Below are positions 29,504 through 38,875 of a stretch of 41,970 nt of DNA, piece after piece. This stretch comes from an uncultured virus (IMG/VR IMGVR_UViG_2061766007_000872) (lineage: Duplodnaviria; Heunggongvirae; Uroviricota; Caudoviricetes), in IMG/VR virus record IMGVR_UViG_2061766007_000872; one strand, 5' to 3'. Position numbers and translations under genes: made by a program. The notes under the pieces are model-generated. The model saw only the letters and a list, made by a program, of their open reading frames with translations, did no database searches and was not told the origin of the DNA. Every line of letters begins with the position of its first letter. The stretch's first letter is position 1.

Positions 29504-29531
29504 GGAGGAACAGAGGTTCCTCTATTTTTTT
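29504..29531 (+). terminator. Intrinsic terminator after the sipW operon
   Basis: GGAGGAAC-AGAG-GTTCCTCT plus ATTTTTTT. Confidence 0.8.
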
Positions 29532-29631
29532 GTTGTATAATATAGTAATTCATAAACCCTCACATGTTAGAAGGTACTGCAAAAATACTTGAACTATGCA
29601 GAAAATAGAGTCTAAAATTATNNNNNNNNNN

Positions 29632-29786
29632 AGAAGTTGGAGAGAATCATGATGTGTTTACTATTACTTCAGATGCATTCACTGTAAACTAAAAATATTG
29701 TATAATATAATAATTCATAAACCTTCACATGATAGGAGGTACTGCAAAAATACTTGAACTATGCAGAAAATAGAGTCTAAAATTAT
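29632..29786 (+). repeat. Variant second copy of ~29361-29436 joined to ~29545-29621 (strain haplotype joined across 10-N gap)
   Basis: Repeats the 3' end of gene 28437..29420 and the following RNA-like element with scattered substitutions. Confidence 0.85.
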
Positions 29787-29814
29787 GAACGTGATAATGA
29801 GTAGACTCTTTTTT
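29712..29814 (+). ncRNA. Candidate small RNA/attenuator E (~100 nt; partial variant copy at 29547-29621)
   Basis: TTGTATAATAT upstream; TTCATAA/TTATGAA closing ACCTTC/GGAGGT and CTGCA/TGCAG; AGAGTCTA/TAGACTCT plus T tract. Confidence 0.55.
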
Positions 29815-29877
29815 ATTTGACATCAAGTTGATAAAATNNNNNNNNNNAAACGTGATAATGAGTAGACTCTTTTTTAT

Positions 29878-29906
29878 TTGACATCAAGTTGATAAAATGA
29901 TATAAT
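29878..29906 (+). promoter_or_regulatory. SigmaA-type promoter TTGACA-17-TATAAT
   Basis: Perfect consensus with TGn extension; RBS AAGGAGG follows. Confidence 0.85.
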
Positions 29907-29932
29907 GATTATGATTAAGGAGGCCAAATAGA

Positions 29933-30106
29933 ATGGTAACTAGAAAAGAATTAGAAGAAGTTTTAAAGAAACTAGAAGGAACAATCAAATACAATGAATT
30001 AGATAAATATGATGTTTCTAACTCACGAAGATATGTTTATGATGTTGATGGTGTTGTTGAAAGATTATTGTTAGCAAGAGATACTATCAAAAAATTATTA
30101 GGATAA
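29933..30106 (+). CDS. Hypothetical protein (57 aa, absent from ORF track)
   Basis: RBS AAGGAGG; MVTRKELEEVLKK..KLLG*. Confidence 0.65.
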   Translation: MVTRKELEEVLKKLEGTIKYNELDKYDVSNSRRYVYDVDGVVERLLLARDTIKKLLG

Positions 30107-30117
30107 GATGATTAGTT

Positions 30118-30366
30118 ATGGAACAAACTTATTATTATCCGATTGTTTACTTCAAACATGAAGAAGTGTCTGTAGGTGGTCCATATGAATCATATGACAA
30201 GATGATGGACCATTTAAAGAAAGGTGTTCTTAAACATCCAGAAATGGTAAAGAGTACCAGTTACATTACTAGAAAAGAAAAATTGTCTCTTGAAGAGATT
30301 TTTGGTCATCCAAAATCTAGAGATATTATGCAAGATAAGAAGTTCTTAAAGGAGATTACATTATGA
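30118..30366 (+). CDS. Hypothetical protein
   Basis: ORF in tightly packed early-type operon. Confidence 0.6.
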   Translation: MEQTYYYPIVYFKHEEVSVGGPYESYDKMMDHLKKGVLKHPEMVKSTSYITRKEKLSLEEIFGHPKSRDIMQDKKFLKEITL

Positions 30367-30827
30367 TAATTCCAGAAGAAAAAATAATTCTTAATAATCA
30401 AGGTGATTATTTAGTAGATGATGAAATCTATGATAAACATGGTAATTATAAATGTAGAGCAAGTCTTTCTTTAATTAAATTAATATATTGTGGTCTACCT
30501 GAACCACGAGAAAGAGGAAAATAAAATGAAGCAATTAGAACTTGAAGAGAAAAAAGCCTTAATTAGAGCATATCTTAGTAAGAATGAGGAAGTGAAAGCA
30601 CAAGTTTGCATTGAAACTTTTTTAGATTATCTTAATGCAAATAAATACTTAAACACCTCAAAGATTAGAATTGACATATAAACATTTCAGTAATGTTAGA
30701 AAGAAGAAAATAAAATCATGTATGATACATTTGATAGATTTCAAACACCTGCAATGTTTAAACCTAGAAAAACAAATAAACAACATTACAGAGATATGAT
30801 TAAAAAGCACAGTAGGAGAAAAAGAAA

Positions 30828-31154
30828 ATGAAATACATCAGAACGAAAGATGGAAGATTATTTAACAAAGGTAAAATCATTTGTTATGCTTTTAGAGAAG
30901 AATACATTAGTCCTAATTGGAATGAAGATATTGAAAAATATTTACAAACTAAAATCGTTGCTGAAGCCGACACCATTGAAGAATTGTGTGATTGTTACTC
31001 GTATGATACAGAAACAACAAGAGATATTGCTGTTGCTTGTAGTTGGAAATTACATAATAAAGAAAGAGAAATCTTTGGTTGCATCAAAACTGATAAAGGT
31101 CTTATCTATGTAGCGAAAATGAATGATAAAGGGGAGTTAGAATATGGCATATGA
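30828..31154 (+). CDS. Hypothetical protein
   Basis: RBS AGGAG, 108 aa. Confidence 0.65.
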   Translation: MKYIRTKDGRLFNKGKIICYAFREEYISPNWNEDIEKYLQTKIVAEADTIEELCDCYSYDTETTRDIAVACSWKLHNKEREIFGCIKTDKGLIYVAKMNDKGELEYGI

Positions 31155-31412
31155 TTTTTTACATTATGCTCCTGGAACAGATGTGCTTCCAGTAGACTAT
31201 TCTTGGTTAGACAAAAAGAGAATGAGAACATTTGATATTAACTCTTATTCATTTATCTATAAAGGTTGGGAATTTGTTTTTTATGATATTGAACATTCAC
31301 AAGAAATTAAAATAATGGCTTCAAAAGGTAAATTAAGACAGGCTTTTAGTACTAGTTATGACCAATTAACTTCATTCTTTTATCCAACATTTACATGGGA
31401 AATAGACCATAA
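31144..31412 (+). CDS. Hypothetical protein, truncated by large N gap
   Basis: RBS GGAG, open to the gap. Confidence 0.55.
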
Positions 31413-31977
31413 NNNNNNNNNNNNNNNNNNNNNNNNNNNNNNNNNNNNNNNNNNNNNNNNNNNNNNNNNNNNNNNNNNNNNNNNNNNNNNNNNNNNNNNN
31501 NNNNNNNNNNNNNNNNNNNNNNNNNNNNNNNNNNNNNNNNNNNNNNNNNNNNNNNNNNNNNNNNNNNNNNNNNNNNNNNNNNNNNNNNNNNNNNNNNNNN
31601 NNNNNNNNNNNNNNNNNNNNNNNNNNNNNNNNNNNNNNNNNNNNNNNNNNNNNNNNNNNNNNNNNNNNNNNNNNNNNNNNNNNNNNNNNNNNNNNNNNNN
31701 NNNNNNNNNNNNNNNNNNNNNNNNNNNNNNNNNNNNAAGGATTAGTTATTGATTTCGCCTATGCATATGAGGATAGTTGGAATGTAAATCCTAATTGGAG
31801 TGAAGTGCTATTTAATTATTTAGAAAGTCATGGATTACCTAGAAAATATTATGCTGTGAAATGTAGGCTATATCCTAGAAAAAGGTTTAAGAGATTACTT
31901 AGAAAATACTTTTTTGATTTAGGTAAATATGAAAAGAAATACCATTTTAAGTGGAATGAGAATTAGGAGATTGATTT

Positions 31978-32266
31978 ATGAACGAAGGTTTAGAGGCATT
32001 AAAAAGACTATTTATTAAAATTAAACACTATGATAGTCTTGATGAAAAAGTAATGTTAGAAAATGATTATTCAACCATTGAAAAAGAACTCAAAGAANNN
32101 NNNNNNNNNNNNNNTAGTAATACAGTGGTTAGACAATGAACACGATATTACAAAAATATTAAAAGATATTGAAAATAGTGAAAGTTATGGTGACTTTATA
32201 AGTCTTTATCCATTTGCCCTAAAAGAAGAATATAACTTATTAAAAGAGGTGCTTAATGATGATTAG
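31978..32266 (+). CDS. Hypothetical protein, paralogue of 22982..23245
   Basis: RBS AGGAG, ATG 31978; reconstructed across gap. Confidence 0.65.
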
Positions 32267-32651
32267 TAAATCAATAGGAATTATACAACGATTACTTAAT
32301 GAACCATTAAGACCTACTGAGTGTTTTCCACAACGCCACATCATTGATGACGAAGAACTCTTGGAAATAAGACACGATATAAATGATTTAGATTTGTATC
32401 GTAAAATTGAACAAGAACTCGGCATTGATTTAATTACTTTGATTAAAGCATTAAAGCAAAAGAAAGTGTGGTTTAAAACTTACTTTACCGAAGAAATAAA
32501 AATTATTGAAAGTTGTTTTGAATTAGAAATTTATACGGATAAGAATAATAAATTACTTTGTTGGCTTTGGTTTGAGGATTATGGTTATCAAATTCAAGCA
32601 AGAACTTATGGCAAAACATGGGCATTAACAAAAGCGGAGTTAGAGAAATGA
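32256..32651 (+). CDS. Hypothetical protein, paralogue of 23242..23661
   Basis: IEQELGIDL, YGKTWALTKAEL. Confidence 0.7.
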   Translation: MMISKSIGIIQRLLNEPLRPTECFPQRHIIDDEELLEIRHDINDLDLYRKIEQELGIDLITLIKALKQKKVWFKTYFTEEIKIIESCFELEIYTDKNNKLLCWLWFEDYGYQIQARTYGKTWALTKAELEK

Positions 32652-32825
32652 AATATGAAATATTCAAAAGCATAACCACGAATAATTATATTGCTATTAT
32701 TTATTCTGAGGGTTTTGAAACAGCAAACGAAATTCGTAAGGAAATTGAAAATAAAGGTTTTGTCATCACTGATGATGATTATGAAGGCAGAGTAATTATG
32801 CTTTGGCTAGAGAGGAATTAGATAA

Positions 32826-33551
32826 ATGAAAGCAATGATTTTAGTAGTACCACCAAAAGAATATTGCAACCTATTAAATGGTGATTTAACAATCTTGGTT
32901 AAAAGAGATAAGAAATTGTCTATTGCAATTTCAAACCTCATCAAAGAACAAGGCAACGCACTTATTTATGCATATTGCACAAAAGGAAAAGTTTATGCTC
33001 GGCCATATTTGGTAAAAGANNNNNNNNNNNNNNNNNNNNNNNNNNNNNNNNNGCTCTATGACAAAGACTTTGTTCCTAAACCTAAAAAGTTTGACATCTA
33101 TGATTTTAAGGATGGAGGTTTTAGTGCACAATTTTATGATTTTTATGATGGCAAAGTAGTCGCTAGATTTTGGTGCGATAAGGTGGATAATGTTTTGAAT
33201 GTAGGTTCAGACTACGGATGTTTTTTACAAAGTGAAGGCATTGATAGTATGGAAGATGTATATAGTTTTTACAAAAGATGTTGCATTGAATGGGAAGACT
33301 TTACCAAAAGATTTATTGATAAAAACAATAGACATAAACCTTTATTTGCCATTCACATTACCAAGTTAGAAATCTTTGACAAGCCAAAAGAGATTAGTGA
33401 GTTTTGCAAAGTTGGTTGTCTAGAAAAAGCAAAGCACTATATAGAAACTTGTTCGCTAGATAAATTATTCCAAAAAGAAATGCCAAACGAGTTTAAACAA
33501 TACATATTAACTCGTGCGCCTAGAAGTGGTTGGTGCTATGTGGAGGTGTAA
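32826..33551 (+). CDS. ASCH/PUA-like domain phage protein (divergent)
   Basis: MKAMILVVPPK..NGDLTILVKR..YAYCTK..GKVVARFWCD..AIHITKLEIFDKPK..RAPRSGWCYVE. Confidence 0.6.
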   Translation: MKAMILVVPPKEYCNLLNGDLTILVKRDKKLSIAISNLIKEQGNALIYAYCTKGKVYARPYLVKXXXXXXXXXXXXLYDKDFVPKPKKFDIYDFKDGGFSAQFYDFYDGKVVARFWCDKVDNVLNVGSDYGCFLQSEGIDSMEDVYSFYKRCCIEWEDFTKRFIDKNNRHKPLFAIHITKLEIFDKPKEISEFCKVGCLEKAKHYIETCSLDKLFQKEMPNEFKQYILTRAPRSGWCYVEV

Positions 33552-33553
33552 GT

Positions 33554-34192
33554 ATGGAAAATAAAATAATCTATTTAAAAGATGCATTAGCAAACAAAAC
33601 ACCAGCAGAAATTCTTGATATGATGCCTTTTATGATATGTATAGAAAAACATCAACCAGAATGTAAAGATGCTACTAATAACTCAATCTACTTTAAAGCA
33701 TTTGTAAAGAGAGAATCATATGCCGTTATTGGAGTAACTAAAGAAAGCATTCTATTAGGAACTAAAGTGTATAGTGAAAATGATGATGACTTTGGTTTTA
33801 GTCCCTACACTGTACATGATAGTTACATTGAACTAAGACTAGATAAATTAGAAAATGTTATTGAAGACTTTAACAATGCAAGTTCTAATCATTATAGTAA
33901 TGGAAGCAAAAAGTATATATACAATGGTGTATATGAAGAGAGATATGTTTTTTGTCATGAGTGTACTCAAAAGCAAAAAGAATTCTTAGTTAAATATTGT
34001 GATATTGATAAGTATGAGGCTATAAGTGGCTATGAAGCCTTCCATCTTATTCAAGAAAAAACAAGTCAATGGCAAAAACAGAAGCAAAAGAAAAAAGGAC
34101 GAGGCTATGATGACCATGTTCTCGGTATCCTTGAAGGTATGGATATGCAAGACTTTGTTGATAGTGGATTCTATTTTGATGAACCATATTAA
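33554..34192 (+). CDS. Hypothetical protein
   Basis: RBS GGAGG, ATG 33554. Confidence 0.7.
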   Translation: MENKIIYLKDALANKTPAEILDMMPFMICIEKHQPECKDATNNSIYFKAFVKRESYAVIGVTKESILLGTKVYSENDDDFGFSPYTVHDSYIELRLDKLENVIEDFNNASSNHYSNGSKKYIYNGVYEERYVFCHECTQKQKEFLVKYCDIDKYEAISGYEAFHLIQEKTSQWQKQKQKKKGRGYDDHVLGILEGMDMQDFVDSGFYFDEPY

Positions 34193-34211
34193 TTCAGTTG
34201 TCTACAAATTG

Positions 34212-34240
34212 TTGACATCTCAGTAATTAAAGTATATAAT
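34212..34240 (+). promoter_or_regulatory. SigmaA-type promoter TTGACA-17-TATAAT
   Basis: Perfect consensus ahead of a 49-aa ORF at 34273..34422. Confidence 0.85.
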
Positions 34241-34424
34241 TAGTTTAGTTAAGTTGTTTAGGAGTTAAGAAAATGGTAAAATATGACAAAGAAAAGGCAT
34301 TAGAATATCATAAACAACATATGCATACATACAGAACAATAGATAGCATAAAACATTCTAGTAACTTTAAAGCAGTTATTACGGGTGGAGAAGTTGTTAT
34401 CAAAGAAAAGGAGGAAAAATAAAT

Positions 34425-34610
34425 ATGTTAGCACTTAGAATTATTGGTACAGTACTCATGGCTTACAGTGTAATTTCAGCATTTTGTAAGAATGCAAAAT
34501 TATTCCAAACCGGTAAGAATGAATGGAACTACAAAGGATTCTTCTCATTCACAATTTGGGGTTGGCTATGGAGAGCATTTATCATTGTTGCTCTTTGGGT
34601 AATTCACTAA
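34425..34610 (+). CDS. Small membrane protein
   Basis: RBS GGAGG, two hydrophobic segments. Confidence 0.65.
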   Translation: MLALRIIGTVLMAYSVISAFCKNAKLFQTGKNEWNYKGFFSFTIWGWLWRAFIIVALWVIH

Positions 34611-34632
34611 ACTTAAAAATTAGATTTAAATA

Positions 34633-34659
34633 AAGAGGTGCTTAGAGCATCTCTTTTTT
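34633..34659 (+). terminator. Intrinsic terminator
   Basis: AAGAGGTGCT-TAG-AGCATCTCTT plus T tract. Confidence 0.85.
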
Positions 34660-34673
34660 GCTAAAATTAATGA
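34659..34673 (+). promoter_or_regulatory. Putative late-promoter motif variant TGCTAAAATTAATGA
   Basis: Directly after a terminator, ahead of the RBS of 34697. Confidence 0.55.
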
Positions 34674-34696
34674 TATAAGAAAGGAAACATCAAAAG

Positions 34697-36511
34697 ATGT
34701 ATATTTACTTAACTCTATTGTCAAATGATGCTTATATGCATTGTTTGATTGCATTATACAGTAGTTGGTTAAAAACAAATTCAAAATATGATTTTTATTG
34801 TGCTTGTACAAAAGATGTTTCAGAAACTGCTAGAAATAATTTAAAAGAGTTAAATATAAAGATTATTGATTTAGAACCTATTAAAGGTCTAGACAATCTC
34901 ATTTCTAAATTATATGTTAGTGGATATAATTCTTGGGTTCCTGCTCTATCTAAGTTGGCTATATATGGCCTTGAACAGTTTGACAAGATTATTTTTCTAG
35001 ATGCAGATACTTACATGTTCAAAAATATAGATGATTTATTTGAATGTGAGCATTTAACGGCTGTTCCAGATGGTGAAGGTAGAGTTACAAAAGATTATAA
35101 GTTTGTTCCTGGAGATAATTATTTTAAAAAATTTAATGCTGGAATGGTTGTCATTAAACCTAGCAAACAACTCCTTAATAAAATTATTCTCTCAACTAAA
35201 AATTTAAAGATTGATAGACCTTGGGCAGACCAGAATATTGTAAGTGAGTTATATCAAAATTGGCCAAATGAGAAAGAAAAGCATTTACCTATTTACTATA
35301 ATTGTTTTGGTAGACATATANNNNNNNNNNNNNNNNNNNNNNNNNNNNNNNNNNNNNGAAAGATGTCTTCTACTTATGGTTTTGAAGATATGTTTAGAGA
35401 AAATAAACATAACACTTATTGTAAACTTTTGACCATTATTTGTGATAATGTAAACAATTTTATAACTGATAATCATAAACAAAATAAATTAAAAAATATT
35501 TCTTTAATTAAATCACCACCATGCTGTGATTTGGTTGTGCCTTATGTGGACTCTTTAGATAGCAAGTGGCAAGAAGATTATAACAAATATAATCCAATTA
35601 TAGGGAAAGAGATTGAAAGTGTAAACGGTAAAAATAGATTTAGAGGACAAGGTGATTTCTTTAGATTCTTCTTTAGATGTGTTGAGAAGAATATGTCTTG
35701 GATAAAAAAGGTACACCTTATTGTGTCAAATGAATCTCAAATACCCAATTGGTTAGATAGGAACAATGTGAATATTGTCTATCACAAAGACTTTATTCCA
35801 TCAGAATATTTACCAACATTTAATAGTTGTACAATAGAGATGTTTTTATGGAATATTCCTGGATTGAGTGAGAAGTTTATTTATGCTAATGATGATTTCT
35901 TTAGTTTAACTCCATTGTCTATAACTGACTTCTTTGATAATAATCATGTAAAACAAAATTTTAAATCAGATAAATTTATTTTGACAAAGACTAATAGTAT
36001 GTTCGCACATCACTGCTTTAATTGTTTTAATTTAATATTTACNNNNNNNNNNNNNNNNNNTTAAACCTTATTTAAAATCTGTTATGAAAGAATGTTTTTA
36101 TAATAATAAGGAAAAGATTTTACAATCAATATCTAGATTTAGAGATAATAAAAATATTAATTGTTTTGTCTATTCAAATTATCAAGTAAAGAAAAATATA
36201 GTTGAGAAGTCTAATCTAAAATTTAATTACATAGGTATATTTGATAAAACTAAATTAGACAATTCTGATATAGTTTGTATAAATGACCATGATACTAGAG
36301 ATTCTATTTATGAAGATGTTTCATTGATAAATNNNNNNNNNNNNNNNNNNNNNNNNNNNNNNNNAGAAATAATAGTATACAATTTGAAAAAACACATGAA
36401 ACAATTACAAAAGAAGTTTTAGAGAAAATTAAGTGGTATGAAACAGCAATCTGGCAAGGTTGGTGTACTAAAGAAGAATATAATGAATTCAAGAAGAAGT
36501 ATGGTTTATAA
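34697..36511 (+). CDS. GT8 glycosyltransferase fused to Stealth-family hexose-1-phosphate transferase (three N gaps)
   Basis: GT8: YLTLL, SKL, IIFLDAD, NIDDLF, FNAGM, ADQ, IYYN. Stealth: DLVVPYVD..W, NRFR, IVYHKDFIP..LPTFNS..IE..IPGLSEKFIYANDDFF, SRFR, VCIND. The last frame ends at 36511. Confidence 0.8.
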
Positions 36512-36540
36512 TTGACTTACTTCTTTTTTCTTGCTATAAT
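36512..36540 (+). promoter_or_regulatory. SigmaA-type promoter TTGACT-17-TATAAT
   Basis: Canonical spacing with TGn extension. Confidence 0.8.
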
Positions 36541-36558
36541 ACTTATGAGGAAATTATT

Positions 36559-37059
36559 ATGGCAGAATTAGTTAGAAAATTATTCCATAAAGACATCTTC
36601 ATTCCAGAAGGTGTTGCAGAAAGTTGCATTAATCTTCAAAAGAGATTAAATAAATTTTCTTTATCAAAACATTTTAGTGACCACTTAGACCAACAACTAA
36701 GTGAAAATGATAGTCATACTTATTATAAAGATATGATTGTCCATTGTGTTAAAACTCTTAAAGATAATCCACAAGAAGTCTTTGAAGTAGAGTTATCTAA
36801 AGGATGTGATAATAACACTTGGTCTATCACTAAATATTGTGTCAGAGTACCTTGTGGCGGAGATGAAGATTTAGCAATCGTTATTAGACCACTAATCATG
36901 AAAGGTGGAAAACTAATCAATAGTGCAATCATTACTGCTTGGATTAACAAAAGAGATGATAAGCATACAACATTAGATGATAGTAGATATTGTACAAATC
37001 CAGATTGGTATTATATCATGTGGAAAAGTGGAAACACAGCAAAGATTAATTTAATATGA
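36559..37059 (+). CDS. Hypothetical protein (possibly RelE/BECR-like fold)
   Basis: RBS GAGG; SKHF..H, then beta strands ending IITAWIN..DKHTTLD..Y; fold call is tentative. Confidence 0.55.
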   Translation: MAELVRKLFHKDIFIPEGVAESCINLQKRLNKFSLSKHFSDHLDQQLSENDSHTYYKDMIVHCVKTLKDNPQEVFEVELSKGCDNNTWSITKYCVRVPCGGDEDLAIVIRPLIMKGGKLINSAIITAWINKRDDKHTTLDDSRYCTNPDWYYIMWKSGNTAKINLI

Positions 37060-37202
37060 AGACATTAAGAATTAAAATTAAACCAGAAGATATTAAAGTT
37101 CGTAATGAACTTCATTTTAATGTTCAAAAATCTACAAGGGCAAATGTATATAAAGATAAAACAAAATATACAAGAAAAAAGAAGCATAAAGAGAATCTTT
37201 AT

Positions 37203-37217
37203 TGCTAAATTTAGTGA
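37203..37217 (+). promoter_or_regulatory. Putative late-promoter motif TGCTAAATTTAGTGA
   Basis: Ahead of RBS AGGAG of 37241. Confidence 0.7.
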
Positions 37218-37240
37218 TATACTAGGAGATTTTTAAAATT

Positions 37241-38518
37241 ATGGATGAAAATAAAAAAGAATTGCCTACAGAATATTCAATTGATTTATCCACTTATTAT
37301 ATGGATGACTATGATAGTGGTGTTGAATTAGATGATTGGATTAATGCATATTTAAAAGATGAGTTTGGTAAAGAACCTTATTCATATGAATGTGATATTG
37401 ATGAAGATGATTATTCTTCTTCTGCAGATTTAAGTAACATTGTTTGGGAAAAACCAAAAACAGAAGAAAAGTTAACTGAAGCACCAGATGATGATGGCAT
37501 CTTAAGTGATGACGATTTAGATGCTGAAGAACAAAAAGAAAGAGATGAAATGGAAGCCCGTTTCAAGGCAAGAAGAGATAAAGTTGCTCAACAAAGAACT
37601 GAAAGAGACGCCAAGATTGCTAGACAAAATGAACTCAAAGCAAAAGCAGAAGAAAAGTTAAAAGAAATCAACAATGATTGGCAATTTGAACATCTTTTTG
37701 ATGTCTTAGTTCCAGATAATGGTAAATGTGATACACTTGCTGGTGAAATCATAAGAGCAATTAATAAGATTGAATATAGATGGTTCAATGATGGTGATAG
37801 ATTCAACGAAGATTATGGTATTGAAACATGTGGTCAACCTGCATATTTCTTAGCAGACTACATTTATGAACCAGATGATGAAGCACCATTTAGAGATATT
37901 CTCTTAAATGTTGACACAGATGATGATGACGAAGAGTATGAGAAAATGATTGAAGAATTAAAAGCCAAAGCATCTGAATTCTTAAAAGCACATACTGATG
38001 TGTTAGCAACAGAAACTTCAGATATGTATGATGTCAATAGAAGAGATGTTGAAAATTGGCTTGAAGATGAAAATTTAATTCCTAAGTATGATGTTGATTG
38101 TTCAATTCCAAATGAACTTCAAGACCATTTAGATAAAGGCAACATTAGTGAAAGAGATTTGATTTGGGAAGTTGAATCTTGGATTGAAAACATTGGTGGT
38201 GCTAGATATAGTGATGTCTCAATAGATTGGGGCAATGTCTATGTCAATGATTGTAATAAAGCAGTCTATAGAGAATTAGATGAAGGCAGAACTCTTTATG
38301 ATTGGTTAGAAGACTATGCTGAAGAATTAACTAATGAATATGGTGACCCTAATGAAGATGATGAAGAGGAAGAGGATGATTGGGCAGAAAGTATTGCGGA
38401 TGAATTAGGTCAAGATGTTGACATGGTTCAAAATGCCTTAAATAATCATAAATTTGATTCTTATGATGATGCCTTAGATTACATTAAGGGATTAATTGAA
38501 GAAGAAGGTGAAAACTAA
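37241..38518 (+). CDS. Highly acidic multidomain protein, probable internal head protein
   Basis: Asp/Glu-rich; KLTEA site; central LVP..GKCDTLAGEIIRA..YRWFNDGD domain. Confidence 0.7.
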   Translation: MDENKKELPTEYSIDLSTYYMDDYDSGVELDDWINAYLKDEFGKEPYSYECDIDEDDYSSSADLSNIVWEKPKTEEKLTEAPDDDGILSDDDLDAEEQKERDEMEARFKARRDKVAQQRTERDAKIARQNELKAKAEEKLKEINNDWQFEHLFDVLVPDNGKCDTLAGEIIRAINKIEYRWFNDGDRFNEDYGIETCGQPAYFLADYIYEPDDEAPFRDILLNVDTDDDDEEYEKMIEELKAKASEFLKAHTDVLATETSDMYDVNRRDVENWLEDENLIPKYDVDCSIPNELQDHLDKGNISERDLIWEVESWIENIGGARYSDVSIDWGNVYVNDCNKAVYRELDEGRTLYDWLEDYAEELTNEYGDPNEDDEEEEDDWAESIADELGQDVDMVQNALNNHKFDSYDDALDYIKGLIEEEGEN

Positions 38519-38874
38519 TGGACAATAATAAAACTAGATACGAAGTTTTGTATGATGACTTTGAGTATAAAGGTCATAAATCACACTATTTCTACTACAT
38601 TCCATTTGAAACATTTATTAATGGAATTAGACAATGGTTTAGTGATAAAATGATTAATCTTGATGGCAAAGATAATGATATCTGGAATGCTTTTGTTGAT
38701 GTTGAAGATTTCTTTGATACTATTGAATATGACATGGAAGATTGGTTTAGAGAAACTTGTAAAGAAGATGCTTTTGAAGAATACAAAGAACAAGTTGAAG
38801 AAGATATTGAACTAGACAGAGAAGAAGCAGAATATCAAGCAAGAAAAAATGCTGAATATGATGAGATAGACTAA
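38518..38874 (+). CDS. Acidic hypothetical protein
   Basis: Coupled TAATG junction. Confidence 0.7.
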   Translation: MDNNKTRYEVLYDDFEYKGHKSHYFYYIPFETFINGIRQWFSDKMINLDGKDNDIWNAFVDVEDFFDTIEYDMEDWFRETCKEDAFEEYKEQVEEDIELDREEAEYQARKNAEYDEID

Positions 38875-38875
38875 T

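Noticed and set aside
29712..29790. Purine riboswitch or twister ribozyme identity for element E
   Set aside because: The junction resembles them superficially but the conserved core nucleotides are missing.
29790..29898. Exact 48-bp direct repeat (29790-29837, 29851-29898) as an att site or CRISPR repeat
   Set aside because: The two copies flank a 10-N gap, typical of unmerged contig overlap; no spacers.
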